From Candidatus Nomurabacteria bacterium (GTDB lineage Bacteria; Patescibacteriota; Minisyncoccia; Phycocordibacterales; UBA9973), in assembly GCA_943359475.1 (NCBI GenBank), contig CALRHK010000002.1:1-61390 (forward strand): DNA of 61,390 nt, given 5' to 3'. The notes under the pieces are model-generated. The model worked only from the letters and a program-made list of their open reading frames with translations. It did not search any database and was not told the DNA's origin. Positions 1 to 8,292 of this stretch are shown one piece after another. Each line of letters opens with the position of its first letter. The stretch's first letter is position 1. A program made the translations under genes and the position numbers.

Positions 1-27
1 AAAAGCCCTCAGGAGAGGGCTTTTTTT
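1..27. terminator. Intrinsic-terminator-type hairpin, bidirectional
   Basis: GCCCTC (5-10) / GAGGGC (15-20) with a 4-nt loop, A-run 1-4 and T-run 21-27. It overlaps the stop of the minus-strand receiver gene. Confidence 0.6.
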
Positions 28-394
28 ATTTCAACATTTCTTTGATTTTGGCTGCGAGCTCATCAAGGGTGAAGTTTGATTTCACCATGTATTCGTTTGC
101 ACCGAGGTCGCGTGCTTTGATCATATCTTTTTCTTCTGCAAGATTAGAAAAGATAATGACTGGAATCTTTTTGAGGGCATCATTTTTGCGAATCTTGGCA
201 AGTACTTCAAAACCATCCATTGCGGGAAGGACAAGATCAAGCAGAACAAAATCTGGCTTTTCTGCATCAGCAATTTTTACCGCATCTTCACCATTGCCGG
301 CAACTAAAATAGTGTACCCGTCCTTTGAAAGTTTCGACGCAGTCAATCCTTGTAAGAAACTATCGTCTTCAACAATTAGAATTTTCTTTGGCAT
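26..394 (-). CDS. Stand-alone response regulator receiver (CheY-like REC) protein
   Basis: 122 aa. The N-terminus KILIVEDD, the phospho-acceptor context FVLLDLVLPAMDG and the later conserved K (EYMVKS) are a typical REC signature. There is no output domain. Confidence 0.9.
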   Translation of the reverse strand: MPKKILIVEDDSFLQGLTASKLSKDGYTILVAGNGEDAVKIADAEKPDFVLLDLVLPAMDGFEVLAKIRKNDALKKIPVIIFSNLAEEKDMIKARDLGANEYMVKSNFTLDELAAKIKEMLK

Positions 395-431
395 ATGCTT
401 ATGATACTACGAAGAGAGATGCCTGCAAAGT

Positions 432-1172
432 TTAGTGTGCAGGGAGGGTAAAGAAAAAGGTGGTGCCGTGAGGTGTATTTGGCTCAAAATCAAGAGTTCC
501 GCTATGGCGCTCCATAATTCGTTTGGATGTAAAGAGGCCAAGCCCCGAACCAACAAGTGCATGGCTGACCGCATTTGGTGCTCGGAAGAATTTTTCAAAT
601 ATACGTGGACGATCTGCTTCGGGAATGCCAATGCCGGTATCTTTTACGTTAACACGAATAGTGTCGACAGTTTTTTCTATCGAGACAAAGGTTGTATCAC
701 CAGCCTTACTATATTTAATTGCGTTTTCAATAAGGTTTTCAATAACTATTCGTAATTTTGTCTCATCGGCAGTTACTGGTGATAGCGGAATTTCGGGTTT
801 GAGAAAGATAAGTTCAACACCACGCTTTTTCGTTTCACTTGTGAATTCGAAGATGACACTTTCAATAAGTTCGGTCAGTTGAATCGGTGCAAAAGTGTAT
901 CCGTGCAAAATATCTTCTGCATGGTTGAATTGCAGGAGGTCGCTCACAAGTGAAATCATACGCTCGTTTGAAGCGGAGGCTTTTTTCAGCAATCCTTCTT
1001 GTTCTGCCGTCAGTGGGCCAGTATTTTTATCGAGAATCATTTCGATGACCCATTTGATTGCTGAAAGTGAGGTGCGTAATTGGTGTGCGGTGACCGAAAT
1101 AAGATCTTGCTTAAGTGCATTTGATTCTTTGAGCTTCTGCATTTCTTTTGTGAGTGCTTCGGTGTTTTCCAT
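432..1172 (-). CDS. Soluble sensor histidine kinase (HisKA + HATPase_c), no TM or obvious sensor domain
   Basis: H-box SVTAHQLRTSLSAI, N-box ENLIENAIKYS, G-boxes DTGIGIP and GSGLGL. The start is trimmed to ATG 1172 (MENTEAL...), because the longer ORF to 1295 adds a low-complexity extension overlapping the divergent gene. Confidence 0.85.
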   Translation of the reverse strand: MENTEALTKEMQKLKESNALKQDLISVTAHQLRTSLSAIKWVIEMILDKNTGPLTAEQEGLLKKASASNERMISLVSDLLQFNHAEDILHGYTFAPIQLTELIESVIFEFTSETKKRGVELIFLKPEIPLSPVTADETKLRIVIENLIENAIKYSKAGDTTFVSIEKTVDTIRVNVKDTGIGIPEADRPRIFEKFFRAPNAVSHALVGSGLGLFTSKRIMERHSGTLDFEPNTPHGTTFFFTLPAH

Positions 1173-1254
1173 AAAAAAAGTATAGCATACCCTATGAAAA
1201 TAGAGGGATTTGTGGTACAATAAGGCCCGAAGAACACTAAAAATCAAAAACAAA

Positions 1255-2001
1255 ATGGGAGATTTTATTGCAGTTTGTGCGAATGAAATGAACACAACGA
1301 CTATGTATGATGTGATTGTGCGCGGACTTCAGCGCCCACTCGGTCATGGAGCAAATTCTTTTGCTTTTACATATTTGGATCACGCGCAGAAAATACCGAT
1401 TAGTATTCACGGTATGCATACGCCGTGCGACTTTGAGAATCAAGTCTGCGCACACTTTAATGTTAACGAGATAAAACCAAGTGCGCGAGCAAGCGTGTTT
1501 CCAAAAATTACAGTTGCGTTTGGTGGGCGTATGACCCACGCAAGAGCACCACTTGTAAATACGACACCTTGCCGTAGTATTTGTTGTTTTATTGATGGTG
1601 AGATAGTGCGCAGAGAAGTGCACGCAATCTTGCATTCACAACCTCATGAGACCGACCATCTTTCTGATGGAGATCTTTTTACGCACATGGTCAATCATTT
1701 TGTGTTACACCAAAAAATGAAACCAGATGATGCCATCAAACGTTTCCTCAATCTTTATGAGGGTAACTACGTTGTTGTTAGTATGTTTGCAAACAATCCA
1801 GATGCACTTTGGATTGCTAATCGCAATAGAAGATTCTTTTTTGGTAAAGACGAGGGTAGTACCCGCATAATGGCAAGTAGTGCACCACATTTTATTGAAG
1901 GGGCGCTCAAGAAAAATGTGGAAACAGTTTATCCAAATCGTGTCCTCCGTATTACTACGGACCTCGCATGGAAATTTGATAAGCTCCCACTGACCCATTA
2001 A
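1255..2001 (+). CDS. Hypothetical protein, degenerate class-II (Ntn) glutamine amidotransferase-like fold
   Basis: The motif order resembles GATase type 2: THARAP...N, IDGEI, SDGD, EGNYVVV, ANRNRRFFFG. The first Cys is at residue 8 (MGDFIAV|CANE), not residue 2. Start chosen at ATG 1255. Confidence 0.4.
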   Translation: MGDFIAVCANEMNTTTMYDVIVRGLQRPLGHGANSFAFTYLDHAQKIPISIHGMHTPCDFENQVCAHFNVNEIKPSARASVFPKITVAFGGRMTHARAPLVNTTPCRSICCFIDGEIVRREVHAILHSQPHETDHLSDGDLFTHMVNHFVLHQKMKPDDAIKRFLNLYEGNYVVVSMFANNPDALWIANRNRRFFFGKDEGSTRIMASSAPHFIEGALKKNVETVYPNRVLRITTDLAWKFDKLPLTH

Positions 2002-2010
2002 GATTTCTGA

Positions 2011-2037
2011 AAAGGACGTTCACGCGTCCTTTTTTTA
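2011..2037 (+). terminator. Intrinsic terminator
   Basis: AGGACG (2013-2018) / CGTCCT (2025-2030) followed by a T7 run, directly after the stop at 2001. Confidence 0.7.
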
Positions 2038-2202
2038 TATGGGGAAATATGATAGTGTAAGCTCACAATTTAAAAGTTGGAGGTGTGGCTATGAAAATCA
2101 AACTGAGGAAATGACGTATGTCGAGCAAAGCGAGACAAGTCATAAGGAGTGTCCGAAAGGACACGAAGCCACACAAGTAAATAGTGTACAATCAATGATT
2201 AT

Positions 2203-2289
2203 GGAGACGTGGCTGAGTGGTCGAAAGCGCCTCACTGCTAACGAGGTAGGGTGTAAAAGCCCTCGAGGGTTCGAATCCCTCCGTCTCCG
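2203..2289 (+). tRNA. tRNA-Ser (anticodon GCU), long variable arm, no encoded CCA
   Basis: Acceptor GGAGACG/CGTCTCC, D-loop GCTGAGTGGTCGAAAGC, anticodon loop CT-GCT-AA, long variable arm GGTAGGGTGTAAAAGCCCTCGA, T-arm GGGTTCGAATCCC. Confidence 0.93.
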
Positions 2290-2423
2290 CAACAGAGATC
2301 GAGCCGGGTATATCTTGGTCAGGATTGGTGTTGTTGGAGGATTCCCAGGTGGGTGCCTTGCGCATTTTCCTATTTTCTGTGCTAGTATTAATAATTATTT
2401 AATAGAGTAAGTTATACATACAT

Positions 2424-2678
2424 ATGCCTAAAGCAAATTCAGCGTTTATGAAGCCAATGAATGTGAGTGATGAACTCGCAGTTGTTGTTGGTAAAGGCCC
2501 AATGCCTCGTTCAGAAGTGGTAAAGAATATCTGGGTCTACATCAAGAAGCACAATCTTCAAGATGCAAAGAATAAGCGCAATATCAATGCCGATGATGCA
2601 CTCCTCAAGGTGTTCGGTGGCAAGAAGACAGTTTCTATGTTCGAAATGACGAAACTTGTTTCAAAACACCTTTCATAA
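2424..2678 (+). CDS. SWIB/MDM2 domain protein
   Basis: 84 aa. VVKNIWVYIKKHNLQDAKNKRNINADDALLKVFG matches the SWIB/MDM2 core consensus. Confidence 0.8.
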   Translation: MPKANSAFMKPMNVSDELAVVVGKGPMPRSEVVKNIWVYIKKHNLQDAKNKRNINADDALLKVFGGKKTVSMFEMTKLVSKHLS

Positions 2679-2693
2679 TAGACAGTCATTGAT

Positions 2694-2720
2694 TAAAAAA
2701 ATCCCGAAAGGGATTTTTTT
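2694..2720. terminator. Bidirectional intrinsic terminator between convergent genes
   Basis: A-run, ATCCC-GAAA-GGGAT, then a T7 run. It sits between the SWIB gene (+) and ComFC (-) and overlaps the ComFC stop codon. Confidence 0.75.
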
Positions 2721-3366
2721 AATGGGCGACGGTGACCGCATAGACATATCTGGCGCCAGCAGAGAGTAGTACTCGTCGCGCCTCTCGAAGTGTTGCTCCT
2801 GTCGTTGTTACGTCATCAACGACCACGATCAGACGTTTTTTTATTTTGTCTGGGTTGCGGACTTGAAATGATCCTTTGATATTGTGCATGCGTTCATACC
2901 TATTTCGTGTTCGTGCTTGTGGGGTAGTTTCTATTAACTTTCTGAGTACTTTTGTGTCGATATCATAAAATCGCGGCGCGCTTTCTTTTAAAGCATGAGC
3001 AAGAAGAGCGCTCTGGTTATAGCCTCGAGTATGAATCTTGTGTTTCGAGAGTGGTATTGGGACAATCAATGGTTTTTGTGTGCCGTCAAAAAGCATTTTT
3101 TCTGAAAGCATCTCGAGCGCTATGTCATGGAGCTCTGTTCCGAGTACTCTACCAAGTCCTCTTCGGTTTTTATACTTCAATTGCCAAATTGCCTCACGAA
3201 CAAGAGGATGTTGATAGTGATAGCGTGCGTTACACCATGGCAACTCGGTTGGTGGCGCAAACGGTGCTTGCTGTAAACACGCAAGACATATGATCGAGCC
3301 AGGCTTGCCACATTCTTTACAGTATTCAGGGAAAACGATATCAAGTATTTTTGAAAGGAGAGACAT
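2719..3366 (-). CDS. comFC: ComF family protein (ComFC-like phosphoribosyltransferase with N-terminal zinc finger)
   Basis: CxxC...CxxC finger (CKECG...CLAC) and PRTase motif LIVVVDDVTTTGATL. Start trimmed to ATG 3366 (MSLLSKIL...), which avoids overlap with pilM. Confidence 0.8.
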   Translation of the reverse strand: MSLLSKILDIVFPEYCKECGKPGSIICLACLQQAPFAPPTELPWCNARYHYQHPLVREAIWQLKYKNRRGLGRVLGTELHDIALEMLSEKMLFDGTQKPLIVPIPLSKHKIHTRGYNQSALLAHALKESAPRFYDIDTKVLRKLIETTPQARTRNRYERMHNIKGSFQVRNPDKIKKRLIVVVDDVTTTGATLREARRVLLSAGARYVYAVTVAH

Positions 3367-3412
3367 AATATATGCTATACTTTTAGGGTAACACGACAAT
3401 ATATTTGTAACC

Positions 3413-4549
3413 ATGGATTTCAAAAAACTTTTTGGACAAGGTCTTTCATTTCTAAAATCTGCTCAAGGTGGCGCCGAAGGAAGCGTGGTGGGTATTGATA
3501 TTGGTGCATCTTCAATCAAGGTTGTGCAACTTCGCAAGAAGATGGGCAAAGCAGTACTTGAGACATATGGTGCGATCGCACTTGGTCCGTATGGCGGGCT
3601 TGAGATCGGTGAAGTCACAAACCTCTCACCGGAGAAAATTTCTGAGGCGCTCAAGGATGTGCTCCGCGAATCTGGAGTAAGTGCTAAAGTTGCAGGACTT
3701 TCAATTCCTTCATCAGCTAGCCTCGTCTTTCTCATCAGTATTCCACCAATGGTAAATGAAAAAGATTATCCTTCCATTGTGCCAACAGAGGCTCGGAAAT
3801 TTATCCCACTTCCGATTTCTGAGGTTACACTCGATTGGACTCCAATTCCAAAACGCGAATCAATGTTTGAAGGTAGTCCTGATGAAGAGGGAATGACTGC
3901 TGATCAAAAATCACAATCTGAAGTGTTGGTTGCGGCAATACACAATGATGCACTCGCGCGCTACAAAGAGATAGCGAAAAATGCAGGCGTTACCCCTGAC
4001 TTTCTTGAGATTGAAATTTTCTCAACCATTCGTGCAACTTTTAACCGTGAACTCTCCGCAGTGCTTGTAATAGATTGTGGTGCACTTAAAACAAAACTTT
4101 CGGTAGTTGAATATGGAGTGGTGCGTACCTTCCATGTGATAAATCGAGGGAGTCATGACATTTCAGTTTCACTCTCAAGTGCGCTCAATGTACCATTCGC
4201 AAAAGCAGAAGAGCTCAAGAAGCAATATGGTCTTGTTGGTAATCCTGACGATAAAAACATTGCAGAAATTATTCGTTTACCGATTGACTATATTCTTACT
4301 GAGGCAAGTACTGCAGTGCTTGGGTATGAAAAAAAATACAACAAGACGATTTCAAAAGTTGTACTCGTAGGCGGAGGAGCGCTCTTGCGTGGACTTCGTG
4401 AACGTGCACAAGTCAATTTTAAATGTGAAGTTGTGTATGGAAATCCTTTCGCAAAAACAGAAGCACCAGCATTTCTCGCGCCAACACTTGAATCAACTGG
4501 ACCAGAATTCGCAACAGCACTCGGACTTGCGTTGCGACAACTTTCATAG
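3413..4549 (+). CDS. pilM: Type IV pilus assembly protein PilM (actin-like ATPase fold)
   Basis: 378 aa. VVGIDIGASSIKVVQL is the N-terminal phosphate-1-like motif and VVLVGGGA is the late motif. It lies directly upstream of pilN/pilO-like genes. Confidence 0.85.
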   Translation: MDFKKLFGQGLSFLKSAQGGAEGSVVGIDIGASSIKVVQLRKKMGKAVLETYGAIALGPYGGLEIGEVTNLSPEKISEALKDVLRESGVSAKVAGLSIPSSASLVFLISIPPMVNEKDYPSIVPTEARKFIPLPISEVTLDWTPIPKRESMFEGSPDEEGMTADQKSQSEVLVAAIHNDALARYKEIAKNAGVTPDFLEIEIFSTIRATFNRELSAVLVIDCGALKTKLSVVEYGVVRTFHVINRGSHDISVSLSSALNVPFAKAEELKKQYGLVGNPDDKNIAEIIRLPIDYILTEASTAVLGYEKKYNKTISKVVLVGGGALLRGLRERAQVNFKCEVVYGNPFAKTEAPAFLAPTLESTGPEFATALGLALRQLS

Positions 4550-4622
4550 AGTGGTTATACACAGCCAAATTATTTCTTTGTTGTTATACTAATTCATATA
4601 GAAGTGGTAGTTCGAGTACACT

Positions 4623-5261
4623 ATGGAACAAGAATTTCAAACATCGTTTATACCTAAAAAACCGCTAGCAGAGGAGCGCGTGGTACGACAACCATCGCTC
4701 AATATTTTTAATTTTATCGGCATTATTATTTTTATAATGGCCGTCGTTGGTGCAGGTGGCGTATATTTTTGGCAATCAGCACTCACTACTCAAGTAAAAG
4801 ATGCACAAGCGAGTCTTCAAAAAGCACGAGATAAATTTGAAATTAACTCTGTGCGAGATTTGCAGACCCTTGAGAAAAGGCTTGGTTCTGCAGATGAATT
4901 AGTTACCAACCATATTGTTATGGCGCCTATTTTTCAGGCACTACAGGAGATGACCTTGAAAACGGTACGTTTTACAAAGTTTTCGTATACATTTACTGGC
5001 ACGACAAACGTAAAGGACATGCAAATCAAAATGTCGGGTATTGCGAAAAATTACAATTCGTTGGCACTCCAAGCTGATGCGCTCGGTAAAAATAAATACT
5101 TCAGAGACCCAATTTTTTCAAACTTGAGCCTCGATGATAAGGGCAATATATTATTTGAAGTACAATTTTCACTTGATCCAATATTCCTTTCATATATTGA
5201 GAACCTAAAGCGTGTTTCGTCGACAGCACCAACTATGCCAGCAGAAATGACTCAACAATAA
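4623..5261 (+). CDS. pilN: PilN-like bitopic pilus alignment protein
   Basis: Short cytoplasmic N-terminus, one TM (IIIFIMAVVGAGGVYFW), then a coiled-coil and ferredoxin-like region. The position is between pilM and pilO. The call rests on architecture and context. Confidence 0.65.
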   Translation: MEQEFQTSFIPKKPLAEERVVRQPSLNIFNFIGIIIFIMAVVGAGGVYFWQSALTTQVKDAQASLQKARDKFEINSVRDLQTLEKRLGSADELVTNHIVMAPIFQALQEMTLKTVRFTKFSYTFTGTTNVKDMQIKMSGIAKNYNSLALQADALGKNKYFRDPIFSNLSLDDKGNILFEVQFSLDPIFLSYIENLKRVSSTAPTMPAEMTQQ

Positions 5262-5264
5262 TTT

Positions 5265-5825
5265 ATGGGACGATTTATTTTTCCAATCATTTTAATAGCA
5301 ATTGCGGCAATCAGTTATTTTACGTTCATTGATCCACATTACACACAAGTAAAAGCACTTCGTGTACAGCTTGATAGTTACAACAAAGCACTCAGTAATG
5401 AACGTCAGCTTGAAGCAATTCGCAATGACCTTACTGAAAGGAGAAATGCAATGTCATCTTCTGATATTGAACGACTCGAACGATTACTCCCTGACAATGT
5501 CAATAACGTTGGGCTTATTCTTGATTTAAATGCACTTGGTCAGCCGCTCGGAATGCAAATTCAAAATGTGAAATTTGAAGTACAAAACAAAGCAACCGCC
5601 GCAGGTCAAGACCAAAAACAAGCCGCACAAGACAAAAAAGATTACGGTGTATTCAATATCGAATTTTCTACAATCGGTACGTATCCAAACTTTGTGAGCT
5701 TCCTCGCGCAACTCGACAAAAGTTTGCGTATGATTGACGTGCAGTCTATCTCGTTTAGTTCTACGGATGATCGCTCGGTATACCGCTATGATTTTAAAGT
5801 AAAAACCTATTGGTTAAAGAATTAA
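5265..5825 (+). CDS. pilO: PilO-like bitopic pilus alignment protein
   Basis: N-terminal TM (FIFPIILIAIAAISYF) followed by a coiled coil. The start is 4 nt after the pilN stop. The call rests on architecture and context. Confidence 0.6.
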   Translation: MGRFIFPIILIAIAAISYFTFIDPHYTQVKALRVQLDSYNKALSNERQLEAIRNDLTERRNAMSSSDIERLERLLPDNVNNVGLILDLNALGQPLGMQIQNVKFEVQNKATAAGQDQKQAAQDKKDYGVFNIEFSTIGTYPNFVSFLAQLDKSLRMIDVQSISFSSTDDRSVYRYDFKVKTYWLKN

Positions 5826-5826
5826 T

Positions 5827-6495
5827 ATGAAAAAGCTACTCATCGTTATTATAATAGTGATCATCGGCGGCATCCTTTATGTGATGCTCACAAAAGATAC
5901 CACTACAACAACTGGCCCGCTTTCGTCTGATAGTACTGCTACTGCACCTGGAGTACTTCCAGTTGGAGATGATCAAATTGGTAGAGATTTTTTGACCGTA
6001 CTCCTTTCATTGAAGACAATCAAGCTGAATGACGAACTCTTTAAGAAGCCTGCTTTCCAAAATTTGCGTGATTATACAAAAGAACTCATTGAAACCGATC
6101 CAAAGGGTCGACCAAATCCATTTGCACCAATCGGAAATGATGTTGGTTCAATTGCGATCAATGATCCTACTGCAGGAGCAAATGCTGGAGGTGTGATCAC
6201 TACCGAGCAACAGCCGACATCTGCAGCAACAACGTTACCAGCAGAGATGGTCACGCGTAATGGTGTAAAACTTGGAGGCACTCTTGCTGACGGAGTTGTT
6301 GCAACGACTCGCTGGTTTGAGTTTGGTACTTCAACAACTCTTGGAACCAAAACTCCCAACATTGCACCTACTTCTTCATTCACCTATACACTCACGACGC
6401 TTACTGCGAACACCACCTATTATTATCGCGCATGCGCTGCAGTTGCAACAGTTCCTGTGTGTGGCAGCATTGTAAGCTGGAAGACACTTCCATAG
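5827..6495 (+). CDS. Membrane-anchored protein with Thr-rich linker and C-terminal FN3-like domain, embedded in the pilus operon
   Basis: TM LLIVIIIVIIGGILYVML. The C-terminus RWFEFGTSTTLGTKT...LTANTTYYYRACA is an FN3-type signature also seen in the giant proteins of this window. The start is 2 nt after the pilO stop. Confidence 0.6.
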   Translation: MKKLLIVIIIVIIGGILYVMLTKDTTTTTGPLSSDSTATAPGVLPVGDDQIGRDFLTVLLSLKTIKLNDELFKKPAFQNLRDYTKELIETDPKGRPNPFAPIGNDVGSIAINDPTAGANAGGVITTEQQPTSAATTLPAEMVTRNGVKLGGTLADGVVATTRWFEFGTSTTLGTKTPNIAPTSSFTYTLTTLTANTTYYYRACAAVATVPVCGSIVSWKTLP

Positions 6496-6509
6496 TATAA
6501 TTAAATAAT

Positions 6510-8243
6510 ATGAGTTTTCTTGAAGAACTCGCCCAGCGCGGCATTATTAAAAAAGAGCAAATCGCTGAGATAACTCGGCGTGCCAGTACCGAGCATGAAG
6601 GAGATCCAGATCCTGTGCTTATTGAAATGGGTTTACCTGAGGATGAATTAATGACACTGAAAAGTGAACACTATTCTGTACCTACAAAAAAAGTAAATCA
6701 AAAAGGTATTTCATTTGATTTGCTGAAATATGTTCCTGAAGATTCAGCAAAACATTACAAGTTTGTACCAATCGGGATTACTGATAATGTACTTGAAATC
6801 GGTATTGTAAACCCAGGGAATATTGAAGCAATGGATGCACTGCAATTTATTGCTGGAAATTTAAATATTCCATTTAAAATTTACCTTATTTCAAGCTCTG
6901 ACCTAGAACAAGTACTCAATAATTATCGTGGTATTACTGGTGAAGTAGACAAAGCACTCGGAGAATTTGATTCTGATATGTCGATTAATACTGATGAGGT
7001 ATTAACGGGAAGCGATAATCCCCAAGACAAACTTAAGCCGGGCGAGGAGGCAAAAATTGTTGAAGATGCACCTATTATTAAAATCGTAGCGGTGATACTT
7101 CGCCACGCTACTGAGGGTAGTGCATCTGATATTCACATAGAAAATACTGGAGATAAAGTAAAAGTCCGCTTTCGCGTTGATGGTATTTTACATACAAGTC
7201 TTGTGTTGCCACTCAATGTGTATGCAGGAGTTGTTGCGCGTATTAAAATTCTTGCAAAATTACGTCTCGATGAAAAACGAAAGCCACAAGACGGTGGTTT
7301 CTCTGCGAAAATTGAGGGGAGAAAGATTGATTTTCGTGTCTCAACACTTCCTGCGTACTATGGTGAAAAAGTTGTAATGCGTATTCTTGATTCTGAGAAG
7401 GGCGTAAAGCCACTCAGTGAGCTTGGACTTTCGGAGCACAATATGGCACTTGTTCGAGAAGCACTCGCACGACCATATGGACTCATTCTCATTACTGGTC
7501 CTACGGGTTCGGGTAAAACCACGACACTTTATTCAATGATCAACGAACTTGATCGTGAAAAAGCAAATGTGGTGTCGCTTGAAGACCCAGTGGAATACCA
7601 CATACCCGACATGAACCAATCGCAGGTTATGCCAGAAATCGGGTACACATTTGCTACGGGTTTGCGTAGTGTGTTGCGTCAAGACCCAGACATCATCATG
7701 GTGGGAGAAATTCGCGACAAAGAAACTGCACAACTCGCAATTCAAGCTGCACTTACGGGCCACCTCGTGTTTTCAACTTTGCACACCAACAATTCGATTG
7801 GTGTTATTCCGCGCTTAATAGATATGGGTGTTGATCCGTATCTTATTGCACCAACACTTGTACTTTCGATTGCACAACGTCTCGCACGTGTGATTTGTCC
7901 TTCATCAAAAAAACCAGTACCTGTCGACGAGGGTATTAAAATGATGATGGAGAAGCAGTTCAAGGATTTACCAGAGCAATACAAAAAGGATTTAGGGATA
8001 GGAGAAACCCTTCATGAAGCAGCCCCTTCTGGAGAGTGTCCTTCGGGAACCCGTGGTCGTATCGCAGTATTTGAAATGTTTAAGGTGGATCGTGAAATGC
8101 AAGCAGTTATTTTGAAAAATCCAACTGAACCTGAAATTTATAAACTTGCACGAGCAAGTGGTATGCTTACTATGAAAGAAGATGCCCTCAAGAAAAGCGC
8201 AGAGGGAATCGTGCCATTACAAGAAGTGTATAATTTCGAATAG
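6510..8243 (+). CDS. pilB: Type IV pilus assembly (extension) ATPase PilB/GspE family
   Basis: 577 aa. N-terminal T2SSE_N-like region, Walker A GPTGSGKTT, Asp box, Walker B IIMVGEIRD, His box TGHLVFSTLHTN, and a C-terminal Cys cluster region. Confidence 0.92.
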   Translation: MSFLEELAQRGIIKKEQIAEITRRASTEHEGDPDPVLIEMGLPEDELMTLKSEHYSVPTKKVNQKGISFDLLKYVPEDSAKHYKFVPIGITDNVLEIGIVNPGNIEAMDALQFIAGNLNIPFKIYLISSSDLEQVLNNYRGITGEVDKALGEFDSDMSINTDEVLTGSDNPQDKLKPGEEAKIVEDAPIIKIVAVILRHATEGSASDIHIENTGDKVKVRFRVDGILHTSLVLPLNVYAGVVARIKILAKLRLDEKRKPQDGGFSAKIEGRKIDFRVSTLPAYYGEKVVMRILDSEKGVKPLSELGLSEHNMALVREALARPYGLILITGPTGSGKTTTLYSMINELDREKANVVSLEDPVEYHIPDMNQSQVMPEIGYTFATGLRSVLRQDPDIIMVGEIRDKETAQLAIQAALTGHLVFSTLHTNNSIGVIPRLIDMGVDPYLIAPTLVLSIAQRLARVICPSSKKPVPVDEGIKMMMEKQFKDLPEQYKKDLGIGETLHEAAPSGECPSGTRGRIAVFEMFKVDREMQAVILKNPTEPEIYKLARASGMLTMKEDALKKSAEGIVPLQEVYNFE

Positions 8244-8292
8244 TGGATAAAAGTATTCGCAAAAAGTAGAAGCTATACTATAATTAACACAT

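Noticed and set aside
432-1295. Longest-ORF starts for several genes (432-1295, 2719-3423, 11604-12467, 12403-13173, 13154-13831, 25264-25665, 31726-32481, 34250-36682, 51017-51340, 55801-57228, 57191-58429)
   Set aside because: The extensions overlap the upstream gene or a terminator and encode non-homologous junk. Internal ATGs placed 1-4 nt after the preceding stop, or right at the conserved N-terminal motif, give canonical protein N-termini.
2100-2330. Short similarities to RNase P RNA conserved regions (GAGGAAATGAC versus GAGGAAAGUCC; ACAGAGATCGAGCCGGGTATATCTTGGTCAG versus ACAGAACCCGGCUUAUCGGUCAG)
   Set aside because: The two patches flank a complete tRNA gene, and the region is far too short. 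It lacks the other universally conserved RNase P elements I can recall. I treat this as coincidence; an Infernal scan with the RNase P models would settle it.
2039-2410. 123-aa + strand ORF
   Set aside because: It reads straight through the well-formed tRNA-Ser (2203-2289) and has no protein-like motifs, so it is spurious.
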